DNA from: the human T2T-CHM13v2.0 reference genome, Homo sapiens
Assembly (NCBI RefSeq): GCF_009914755.1
Contig: NC_060932.1
DNA: 64,000 nucleotides
Reading direction: 5' to 3' (one strand)
Position numbers and translations under genes: made by a program. Positions within the stretch are counted from its first letter, which is position 1. Each line of letters opens with the position of its first letter. This document shows, piece after piece, positions 50,038 to 64,000 of the stretch. The notes under the pieces are model-generated. The model saw nothing but the letters and a program-made list of their open reading frames with translations, did not search any database and had not been told where the DNA came from.

Positions 50038-50516
50038 TAATACCTTCCAGAATTGGAGAGTTAGAAGATGTTATTGACTTAATGAAGCACCAGAATAGTT
50101 TTTTCAACATGTCCAGTTGAAAATCTATATTAATATAAAAGTCTTATGCTATTGATATCTCCATTAATTAAATTTAGAAAAACATGCACTTTTAAAATTA
50201 CGTGAAAGATTATTTAAATTGATATAATTTCCCCAAAGTGGGGGAAACCTTTGGTATCTATCTAATTATCTGCTACTAAGAGAAATTATAAAATTAAAAC
50301 AAATAAAACATTTTATTATCTAAATATTTGGAAGGAATATTCTCATTTTATTTGAAGCAACATTTTGTTTTTCTTCCAATGAACTACAGAGTTGCTGGGT
50401 TTGCAAGCTGTGCAAATTCGGAGGTTTAAAGAAGTATCATTTCCACTAATTCCCCCCCTATATAGATGGAAAATAGACACTGATGTCTAAGATTCTATAC
50501 TTAGAAGTGTATTCAT

Positions 50517-50884
<368 letters not shown>

Positions 50885-52349
50885 TTAAATGTGCTGAACA
50901 TTCTGTAAGATGATGTATGAACTTAGAAAACCCTAGTAGTCAGTGCAAGATTATGTGAGTCAGCTCAATGCCTGAAGGGAAAGATGGCATTGGAGGGAGT
51001 ATGTGGTCACTTAGTGGCCAGGAGGAAGTGCATATCCAAGATGAACAGCTGCACAGAAGATGCAGAACTCTCCTATGCCAAGACGAATTGCCAACTACTC
51101 ATATTCTGCCTGACACAGAGAAAATATATTTCCAGGATATTTATGAATGAAGAGATTCAGATAATTGTGTTTTAAATATTCATCTGGCAACACATTAAAA
51201 TCATGAAGATACCTTGCTGCTTATTTAAAATACTCAGATATGGAATGACAGTCAAACTGTTTTCTCTCCATTCTGAAGGACACAGCAAGAATGTTTGTGA
51301 ATGGACATGACTTCTCTATTTAAGCCCTTTCTGGTTGCAGTGGCTGCACTTCAGCCTTTTCAAATTTGTCTTGTTAGTATGGCAATACATATCAAACTAC
51401 CCTTTCACAGCAGCTGTTCTTAGTAGCTGGCATCATTGACTAGCCGTTTTGCAACAAAACATCACATAGTCAGGAAAAGCTAAATCCAACTGGATGATCA
51501 ATACACATGATACTGGAAAAAAACAAATCAATGTTTTCTTTATCAGGTTTCTGCTTTGTACTTACAAATGGATTTTTCAATCCCAACAGTATGAGAGGTC
51601 ATCTAATTTAATTAATAGAAACTAATATAGCCTCTAATGAAAAAAATCAGAAAACAGGAGACTTGTCAATAATTTATTTTACTTTCAATAGAAACACAAG
51701 GAAGATAAGTAAAATTTTAAGTAGCAAGTTGTGTGATAAGTATTTAAGTAATAATTCAATGCTACAGTTTTATAACCATATTATACACCCTGCGTCCTTT
51801 AATACACATTGAAGATTGCTCGCTGACTTTCTATAAGATCACCAGACAGACAACAAAAAATAAAATTAAATGTGGATAGCCCTGCTGTTATATCCCATAG
51901 AAATAAATAAAATAGGCTCAGTTTTAAAAGTTCTATGGATTTCTATGTCTTGTTATTTGTTTTTTTCTTTTCTTCCATGATGGTATAAATAGTCACTTCT
52001 AAGGGGGTGGGGTGGGATGGGGTGGTCGTTAAAATAACTTTAGATTTTAATATAAAGTTTAATTTATATATTTGTTAAACCAAAAATCTCTACTTGAAGT
52101 TTTGGTGACATCAAGAAAATAGTGGGAAATGGCTTATGTATTTCTTGATATAAAATGAATAAATAATAACATAAATTACTGAAATTTTATATTTTTAAGA
52201 TTTAGTTACTTATGATGTATTACATAGTAACAGAAAATACTATTTAGTCATAATATAATTTTTTATTTTGCTCACCAAACAATTATAGATACGAGCTCAA
52301 TAAAATAATAATATCTGCCACAAAGGACTAATTGAAAAATTTGGCAATT

Positions 52350-53400
52350 ATGAATATTCTTATGTAGATATTTGTAAACATGCTTTTATTTGTCTTAGGG
52401 AAATACCTAAAATTGGAATTGTGGGGTCTTGAGGTAAGTATAATTTTAGCTGTTTAATATAACTTATTTTGCAAAGTAGTTCTATTATTTTCCACTTCCA
52501 CCAACAATATATGGGTGCTTCGGTTGCTCTACACTCTTGCCCACGTTCAGTGTTATTGGCTTTTTCCGTTTCTTCTATATCTGCTAGAGGCTTTAATTTA
52601 CACTTCCCTGAATACAAGTGATATTGAGAACATTTTATGTAGATATTGTCCATTTATACTCTTTCTTTGAAATGACTGCTAAGATCTTTCATATGAGGTA
52701 ATTTGTACTTTTATTATTTGTTATAGAAATTCTTAATAAATATCGGATTTATAAATATGTCAGCCTTTTGTTATGGATTGCTTTGTAAATATTTTCTCCA
52801 AGTCTTTTACTTGTACATTTTATTCAATAGGGTAGTTTTTTAATTAACAGAAGTTGTTCATTTTAATGGACTCTATCAAATGTCATGATTATTTCTTTCT
52901 ATACCATAAAAAACCTTTGCCACAGGGACAAAAGCTTATTTCTCTTTTCTCTTCTGAAAGCTGTATTGTTTTAGTTTCTACATTTATTTGTATCAATGAA
53001 CATTTCTTTTGAAACAAAATGTCACTCTGTTGCCCAGGCTGGAGTGCAGTGGCTCAGTCACATTTCTCTGCAACCTCTACTTCCTAGGCTCAAGTGATCC
53101 TGCCACATCAGCACCCCAAGCAGCTGTGACTACAGGTAAGTGCCACCATGCCCAACTAAATTTTGTATTTTTTGTAGAGACGAGGTCTCGCTATATTGCC
53201 CAGGCTGATCTCAAACTCCTGGGCTCACGTGGAGATGCCAAACTGTTAGGATTACAGATGTGAGCCACCACTCCTGGCTTATTTCAAACTAATTTTTGGG
53301 CATAGTGTAAAATGGGGTTAAGTTTTACTTACATTTTTTTCTATATGGATATGTATTTATTTTAGCACCCTTTGTTGAAAAACATTTTTATTTCCCAGTT
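52350..53400 (-). mobile_element. Ancient L1M ORF2 3' region, interrupted by an AluJ (53005-53280, minus)
   Basis: The minus-strand ORF contains 'YCWWKWK...LPQDPTIPILGI', a decayed ORF2 C-domain. Confidence 0.7.
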
Positions 53401-53404
53401 ACCT

Positions 53405-54515
<1,111 letters not shown>

Positions 54516-54901
54516 TCTTGATTATATGATGCTCTAAAAACAAAGATAAGATTGATATTTTATTGTTTTTCTTCTTTATAGCATCTGGCTCAGGACTTCA
54601 CAGTTTTAACAAGTGTTCATTGAATGGTATTCCTTGGGCTTATTACTATCAGCTTTAGTTTGCAAATTGTCATAAGAGCTAAATGTTTCCTTCTAAGTAA
54701 AATGAAGGTGGGATGGGAATGGCAGGTTTTACCAGTTAAGGGTGCATGAACCAAATGGAAACAAAGGGATAAACATGAACTGTGAGTTGATTAACTTCTT
54801 CATTTCCATTATGTTATATTCTTATATTTATTAAATTAATATGCAACCGAGTATTTTACCTATGAAATTAGCTAGTTTTACTCTTGTCACTTAATCCTGT
54901 A

Positions 54902-55380
54902 TGTATGGTTTGAGGGTCCTCGCCAAAATTCATGTCAAAACCTTAATTCCCAGTGCAGCAATGCTGGAAAGTGGAAATTTCAAAAGGTGGGACTGAAGGG
55001 AGATGTGTGGTGTTGGGTCGTGATGTGTGGTTAAGTCACCTTCATAGGTGGCTTAGTGCCATGGTAGTGGTAGTGAGTGAGTTCTCACTCTTGAAGCTGA
55101 GTTCTTGTGGGAATGAATTCACTTCTAAGAAAGCAGGTTGTTATTGAGCAAGGTTGCCTCTGGTGTCTTGCTCCTTTTGCATACCTGTTTCTGTGTTCAC
55201 TTGCACTTCTCTACCATGTTGTGATGCAGCATGAAGCCCTCACAAGAAGCTGACCAAATGCCAGCACCATGCTCTTTGGACCTCCCCACCTCCAGAATCA
55301 TGAGCCAAATAAACCTCTTTTCTTTATACTTACCCAGTCCCAGGTATTCTGTTAACAGCAACACAAAATGGAACAAGACA
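54902..55380 (+). mobile_element. MaLR solo LTR, MST-like
   Basis: 'tatggtttga..ccaaaattcatgt', 'ccagaatcatgagccaaataaacctcttttc', ending 'caagaca'. Confidence 0.8.
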
Positions 55381-56113
55381 AACTTTATTACAGGAAATGA
55401 CATTTAAAGTTAATCCATACCTTTTAAAATATTTATCCTGATGATATATTTTTACCACCCTTGAATGCATAAACTTTCTAGGAAAACCATTCAGTCATTC
55501 ATTTGTTTATTGCTTCATCATCAATTTAACATTGTAATGTCTCTGGAGATATAAAGAAGAACAAGACATGTTTCATACAAGCAAGGGACTGAGAGCAAAC
55601 CAGAAAAGGTAGATAAATAAAGATCTAATTATAAAACAATGCAAACATGCCCTAATAAAGGACTGGCAGAAGGTAAAGGAAGAAAATCATAGAAATGATA
55701 TCATGGGAAAAAAGGAATATTTTGAAGGTTAAGAGTACTGAACAGCATAAAATAACCCTGAGAAATCAAGCACTGAATGATATAAAATATGTTAAGAGGG
55801 TTTAGCATATGAAGGTTATTTGTCATTTGCAAGGTCACTTGCAGAAGATGATTGGACTAAAAGCTAAGTTGCAATGTGGTGGGGTGTTTTTAATTGGAGG
55901 TGACACCAGGTAGCCAGGGCATGCAGATAATTTGATTAAATAAGCTTATTCTTGAAAGTGAGTGGAGAGCCAGAGTAATAACTAGATGCACAGAGCTCAT
56001 ACTTTTTTTTTGCTTCATTGTTGGTTTTTAAAATTTAAACAATGATAGGAAGGAGCCTGTGGAGAGTGTGTGAAAATACAGACGATGTTATCAATGCAAT
56101 ATAAACGGAATAA

Positions 56114-56464
<351 letters not shown>

Positions 56465-56634
56465 AAGAAACACTTCTGATGAACAATGATGGAAGGTGAA
56501 AGGGAAGCTGCACATCCAGGCAAGATTTTATATTTCATGACAGGACAACAGAAGGGGTTCCATTCTAATGCTATTTTTTTCTAAGAAGTAGGCAGCAAGG
56601 AATCACAAAATTACTTGATTTGACAAACTATCAT

Positions 56635-57075
56635 TGTCAGGCCTCTGAGCCCAGGCCAGGCCATCGCATCCCCTGTGACTTGCACGTATACATCCAGATG
56701 GCCTAAAGTAACTGAAGATCCACAAAAGAAGTAAAAACAGCCTTAACTGATGACATTCCACCATTGTGATTTGTTCCTGCCCCACCCTAACTGATCAATG
56801 TACTTTGTTTTCTCCCCCACCCTTAAGAAGGTTCTTTGTAATTGTCCCCACCCTTGAGAATGTACTTTGTGAGATCCACCCCTGCCCACCAGAGAACAAA
56901 CCCCTTTGACTGTAATTTTCCATTACCTTCCCAGATGCTATAAAACGGCCCCACCCCTATCTCCCTTTGCTGACTCTCTTGTCGGACTCAGCCCACCTGC
57001 ACCCAGGTGAAATAGACAGCCATGTTGCTCACACAAAGCCTGTTTGGTGGTCTCTTCACACGGACGTGCATGAGA
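56635..57075 (+). mobile_element. HERV-H solo LTR, LTR7Y-like
   Basis: Starts TGTCAGGCCTCTGAGCCCAGGCCAGGCCATCGC; repeated CCCCACCC boxes; TATAAAA at ~56939; perfect 5-bp TSD ATCAT (56630-56634 and 57076-57080). Confidence 0.92.
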
Positions 57076-58403
57076 ATCATATTATCTTCCATTTCAATAT
57101 TCTCAACTAAAAGACAGGAATATGAACGGTTGATCTGTCTCCTCCAGAGATATTAAATGTATGTGTACATTTTTATTAATGTAGTACTTAACATGGAGGT
57201 TATGTGATAATATCAGAGAAGATATCAGCCTGAGTATTTCCAAGTTTAAAATAGTATGTCACTTCTTAGATATGCATCCAATGATTGATGATAAATTCTC
57301 TCACTTCAACCACCACCACTGTCAGCACCCCAAGCCTCTCACCACCACCACTAAACATCTTTTTGGCAGTAGTGTGTATTAGCCGTTGTTTCAAGCATTT
57401 TATGTATACAGTATAATGTCTTTCAACCATCCTACCTATCCTTAAAGGTAGGTCACGTTAACATTTCTATTATAAAGTTGAGGAAACCAAAACAGAGACT
57501 TCAAATAATTTACAAAATGTCACACAGTAAGTGAGAGGCAGATCCAGGATTCTACCCAGACAATCCAACAGTGGAACCCCGATGTTAACTGCTTACGCTG
57601 TACTAATGTGCAGTTGTGTCAAATTCACTCCACATTCATACAGGTTACCTGAAACTCAAGTGGCTAAATGTCATAGAAAGAGGCATTTGGAGAAGAGCAG
57701 ACCCACAGTGTCCTATCCTGATGGATGTACAGAAAGTAAGAGAGCCAGGATGAAAATTTGGTTATCAAATTTAAATGTTTTTAAACACCTAGTGCTACAT
57801 AAGTAAGTGATTGTTGATGTTTATCCCATAGATTGTAAATTAAAAAATAAACATTTTCTTTTGAAATCATCACATTCAAGCTTTTAGTAGTACCTTGATA
57901 TTATGCTTATTTTATAATTTAGTAAGAAATATTTCTCTGATGTTATTAACTGTTTGCACATACATACTTTGACAAGATCCTATTTCAATCTTTATCTTTC
58001 AAGGTCAATTCATAATTTTGTGTACTACAATATGGAAAACTGCTTTATTAATTATAGAAGTTTTAATTGACATTTCATTTAAACATTTCATATGGGGAAC
58101 TTACAAAGCTATTAATAGTACTACTTGGGTGTCATACAGAACAAGTAATTTTTATCTTTTCAAATCTTGTTCTACTCTGGTTTTGAGTAACAACAAAGAC
58201 ATACCCAACTTGACAAATCTGGAAGAATGTGAACTTCTGGATCTAGTACACTTAGATCATAGAATATTTGTTATAAAGTTTGACTTGTTGTCAGGATGAG
58301 AAACAGAGTCTAATTTTGGCTCCATAAAGACATGCCGCCTTTTGGATCTATGTACTCAGCTAGCAAACAAAAACCTGAGCCACCCATTCCTCTAGCTGAA
58401 GGG

Positions 58404-59854
58404 TGTATTAGGGTTCTCTAGAAGGACAGAACTAATAGGATATATATATTCTATATAGATCCCATATATATCTATATAGATCCTATATATATATATATCC
58501 TATATAGATCACATATATATAATCAGATGATATATGATATATATAGGATATATAATATATATGATATTATATATACTATTATATACAGGATATATATAAT
58601 ATATAGTATCCTATTATATATAGGATATGTAATATATAATATCCTATTATATATGACATATAATATATATAATATCCTATTATATATAGTATGTATAATA
58701 TATATAATATATCCTATTATATATAGGACGTATAATATATATAATATATCCTATTATATATAGGACGTATAATACATATAATATATCCTATTATATATAG
58801 GACGTATAATACATATAATATATCCTATTATATATAGGACGTATAATACATATAATATATCCTATTATATATAGGACATATAATACATATAATATATCCT
58901 ATTATATATAGGATGCATAATACATATAATATATCCTATTATATATAGGACGTATAATACATATAATATATCCTATTATATATAAGATGTATAATACGTA
59001 TAATATATCCTATTATATATAGGACGTATAATACGTATAATATATCCTATTATATATAGGACGTATAATACATATAATATCCTATTATATATAGGACATA
59101 TAATACATATAATATCCTATTATATATAGGACGTATAATACATATAATATCCTATTATATATAGGACGTATAATACATATAATATCCTATTATATATAGG
59201 ACGTATAATACATATAATATCCTATTATATATAGGACGTATAATATATAATATCCTATTATATATAGGACGTATAATATATAATATCCTATTATATATAG
59301 GACGTATAATACATATAATATCCTATTATATATAGGATGTATAATATATAATATCCTATTATATATAGGATATATAATATTCTATTTTATATATACTATT
59401 ATATATATCCTATATATGTATCTCCTATTATATATGTGTGTGTGTGTGTATATATATAAAGGGGAGTTTATTAAGTATTAACTCACACGATCACAAGGTC
59501 CCACAATAAGTTGTCTGCAAGCTGAGGAGCAAACAGAGCCAGTTTGAGCCCCAGACCTAAAGAACTTGGAGTTTTGTGTTCAAGGGCAGGAAGGGTCCAG
59601 CACAGGAGAAAGAGGTAGGCTGGGAGGCTAGGCCAATCTAGTGTTTTTTTTTTATGTTTTTCTGCCTGCTTTATATTTTACCCACACTAGCTGCTGATTA
59701 GATGGTGCTCACCCAGATTAAAGGTGAGTCTGCCTTTCCTAGCCCACTGACTCAAATGTTAATCTTTTTCACCAACACCCTCACAGACACACCCAGGATC
59801 AATACTTCGCATCCTTCAATCCAATCAAGTTGACACTCAGTATTAACCACCACA
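58404..59854 (-). mobile_element. HERV-L solo LTR, MLT2A1/A2-like, expanded by an internal VNTR
   Basis: 'tgtattagggttctctag..gacagaactaatagga' to 'caatccaatcaagttgacactcagtattaaccaccaca'. TSD AAGGG/AGGGG. Confidence 0.88.
58600..59390. repeat. AT-rich minisatellite, ~22 units of 33-37 bp, core TCCTATTATATATAGGA
   Basis: Core starts counted at 58609, 58642, 58675, then every 37 bp to 59045, every 35 bp to 59220, then 59253, 59286, 59321, 59354. Confidence 0.95.
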
Positions 59855-61764
59855 AGGGGCCTCTGCAGCATCTCTTCAGATCTCAGGATCTGAGCCCCTG
59901 GAGCACAATGGAGTCAATATGTCTATCAGCCCTGATAACCTTGAAAAACTATCCATACATTTTCTACACACCATACTAATCAGAGCAGAGGGGAAAATGA
60001 TGTTTCTACTTTGGCGTTATCAGTCTGATAATTTCAAGCGGAAAAAAATGCTTTTTGAATTTTTTGCATAGTCATTGAAAAGGATGTCTTAATTTAACTA
60101 ATAACCCTAAAGGCTCATTCCAGAGTTACTCTTAAGTAGTTTTAATTTTTCCTCCCTTCAATGAAATGATCTTGTACTACTGTGCTAAGAGCAATTGGCT
60201 GATCTGATATTTACATCAAAGGGCTTGTTAAATAAATTCCCGTGAAAGAAATATAAACAAGGTGAAAGTGCATTTTTGCTTAAATGCCTCCTTCTGAAAG
60301 TCAAGAGAAAAGAATATACAAATCTTGATCGTAATTATGTCTTTTGTCTCTTATATAATATTTAATTTATTCTTACAGAAATGCCCTTGATGAATACAGC
60401 TCTCTCCAGCTTGAGGTCTATATTTTGGGAAGTAATTCAGAGTTCAAAGCTTCCAACTTTGATAGGTTGGTCATCACTGCAAGAGTAAACATATTTTTTT
60501 GATATCTGCTTACAAATAGAGATTTCATGGGCCAAGCAATGAAAAGTAGAAGTTTAGTGCAGGTGCTTTCCCTAGTTTAAGCACATTTGGTATTCCACTC
60601 CTAGTAATGATGTTTACTTGCCTTATGCATTATAATTTACAAAAGGCTGCCATATTCTTTTCTCCTTGCTATAGAATTTGCTGTGATTTCTGAATCATTC
60701 CAAAAGGCTCTACTTGAGAACATGTGCACTATTACTCCTGCTAGAACTGCACATCTTAGGACATTTGTCATTGCTTCTAGCTAAAATAATAGGAAGAAGA
60801 GATATGCTTACGTATAAGAGTTGAGGAAATATGTTTCACTTAACAAAGACCTCATCAGGAGCCTAGTGAAGATTCATGATTACTTTTTAGTGAAAAGTTG
60901 TGTTCTAGATGGAGCTACTTTCACCTGTTGAACACAGAAGTATTTTTCACCCCTTGTTTTTTCAAAGAAAGCAGCACTACCATTTCTTGCAGTCATACAG
61001 GGAAAGCATAGCAGAGTTCTGCTCTCCTGCAATGAATCTGCCATGTTAAAACTGGGTAGGTTCAACATGTCAATCAACTTATGCCATTTCTTTGTTAAGG
61101 ACACTTTAATGACTTTCCTTTCCCCACAGAGCAAACTCCAGATTTTTCCACATGGCTGATAGGCCTGTAAATGACTCCAAACCTGCCTGTTTCCTCTGTA
61201 TCATTTTTGCCACCTCTGACATTGCCTACTTTGTGCCAGCCTGACTATTGTCACTGTTGCTGTTGCTCTAGGTTATCTCAGGGTTTTCACTTGCTTTTTC
61301 TATGACTGAGGGTGTCCTCTCACATACTTAGACAGCTGGGTCAGTTCCATTGCTTACATTTCAGTTCAGATGCTAGTTCCTTCAACAGTCCTCACTCCTC
61401 AGCATCACTCCCTGTGTCTAACACTATATCTAACCATTTTATCTATTTATGGTTTATTTTCTTCCTTCACTAGAATGTAAACTGCACAAAGGAGAAACTG
61501 TGTCTGTCCTATGCATTGCTGTGTCTCCTAAGTCCAAAACAGGGTCTGCCCCTGGAGGATGTATGTACTCAGAATGTGTTGATGAAAAAAAATGCAAAAA
61601 AAAAAAAAAAAGCATTCTTTCTAAATGCTTTTCTTAAGGAGGAAAAGAGGAATCTGTTTAAATGATTCAAGATAACTGAAAAAAAATAGAACTGTAAAGA
61701 TTTACCTATCTTTTGAAACCCTTTCAGAGTTCTTTTGAGACATTTATTGACATCCCTGAGTCTT

Positions 61765-62059
61765 TTATTTTATTTTTATTTTTTTGAGATGGAGTCTCAC
61801 TCTGTTGCCCAGGCTGGAGTGATCTCAGCTCACTGCAACCTCCGCCTCCCAGGTTCAAGTGATTCTCCCTGCCTCAGCCTCCCAAGTAGCTGGGATTACA
61901 GGCGCCCACCACCACGCTCAGCTAATTTTTTGTATTTTTAGTAGAGACGGGGTTTTGCCAAGTTGGCCAGGCTGGTCTCGAACTCCAGACCTCAGGTGAT
62001 CTGCCCACCTCGGCCTCCCAAAATGCTGGGCTTACAGGGGTGAGCCACCACATCCGGCC
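61765..62059 (-). mobile_element. AluSx-like element
   Basis: T-rich tail plus dimer, with a small deletion in the right arm. Confidence 0.93.
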
Positions 62060-62641
62060 ACCTCTGAGTCTTTTGAAAGATATTTTATGCATTGCCTTTA
62101 ATAATGCATTTCTGTTGGAAAACTGATCTGCACCATGTTTGTAAGTGTTGACTGATAACCACCTGCAGTGAATGGCTGCATTGGTATTCATTCAAGGAGC
62201 AGACAGCAATGGGAACCAATTTAACTCTCAGGATTCTGTTCATGGAGAAAAAAAGGTTAGTTGGAGGGCTGTTCTTGAGCTCTCTGTGCCAAGACAGACC
62301 ACCAGAGGGGAAGTAGCTCCCAGGGCACTCAGTGCAGAAGGTTCTCTTGCAGAGGCTCAACTTGCTGCCAGATTCTGCTGGCTAGTTGGATTTTCTCATC
62401 TTTATTTTCCATGGATATTGCCCTCTCTTGGTCTGCACCCATTAACTGCTGTGTTTGCTCTTTTCAGACCATTGATCTACACAACTACTTATATTTACAT
62501 GCAAAATAGAGAACAAATCACAATTGCCTAGTTTACATAGAATTTAAAAACTTGTGGGCCTTATTTTTACTCAGAAAATGATGATTCCAATACCTGGTAT
62601 AATGAATGCTCCTCATAAAGCATTAGAAAGTAAATCAATGA

Positions 62642-62936
<295 letters not shown>

Positions 62937-63360
62937 TCAGTTTCATTCCTGATCAGAAAGTCTAGTTAGAGAGAATAGCTGAAGTTAGACAAAGGACTAA
63001 GGCTAGATCTAATCCTGCAGCCTATGTTTTCTACTGGTCAAAGGCAGTTCACCGCACTTACAGTTTGGTCTTGGTCTCTGTGGGGCTTTACTCTGTTTAT
63101 TCTCTTGCCTCAATATTCGTTTGCATCTTCTCTTCTTTTTGCCACCTGAATGCGTGCCCTACTTAGGATTTGGTTGTCACCCTGTGCTTCCTTTTCTTTG
63201 TTCTTCATCTCAGGATCTTGTTGATTTGCACAGCTTCAAATCAACTCTAGGACTCACATCCATGTCTTCTGCCCTCAATTCCAATCTTGTCTTTTATATA
63301 TTTTTCTACATTTTAGTATTCATCATTTATTCTGCAAAATCATCTGCCTGTTCTATTAGG

Positions 63361-63789
<429 letters not shown>

Positions 63790-64000
63790 TAACAGTTCCA
63801 CCTACCACACCACAGCCCTGACAATGCCTAGTTTGCAAACTTATTAATATATACATTTGTTTACATCACTTAGCTGAAGAATTAGCAATGGGTTCACAAC
63901 TGCCAGGGCCAAATGAAAAGACAATATTTCTACAAGTAAGTAAGCTTACACAAATGGTTTTACAACAAAAACTCTTTTCACTTTTAATAATTATTAAATT

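Noticed and set aside
58600-59390. CRISPR-like array of palindromic ~35-bp repeats
   Set aside because: The sequences between cores are near-identical rather than unique spacers, there are no cas genes, and the context is a primate LTR. It is a minisatellite.

Overview
This is hominid (human or great-ape) intergenic or intronic DNA, not prokaryotic, judged from AluY, L1PA2-type LINE-1, LTR7Y and MER11 insertions. I find no intact protein-coding gene, tRNA, rRNA or CRISPR array, and no convincing new biological system. Most ORFs in the track are Alu or L1 antisense translations or chance ORFs. Main features: (1) a full-length processed MAPK6/ERK3 pseudogene on the minus strand (41019-45103) with a poly-A remnant and a 15-bp TSD; (2) an ~7.9-kb compound LINE-1 (10540-18449) with two tandem 5'UTRs, an antisense L1 3' end inserted in frame into ORF2, and an apparent old-to-young subfamily switch; (3) solo LTRs (LTR7Y, MLT2A1-like with a palindromic VNTR, MER11, MST, MLT1), an Hsmar2 mariner end split by a young L1, and many Alus. 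The least explained observations are a 71-nt near-perfect hairpin in apparently unique DNA (22901-22971), an orphan CpG-rich island (~24.5-25.7 kb) and a sharp GC-rich to AT-rich transition near 35-38 kb. Repeat subfamily names come from recalled consensus sequences and need RepeatMasker/Dfam confirmation. Boundaries are approximate unless a TSD is given.
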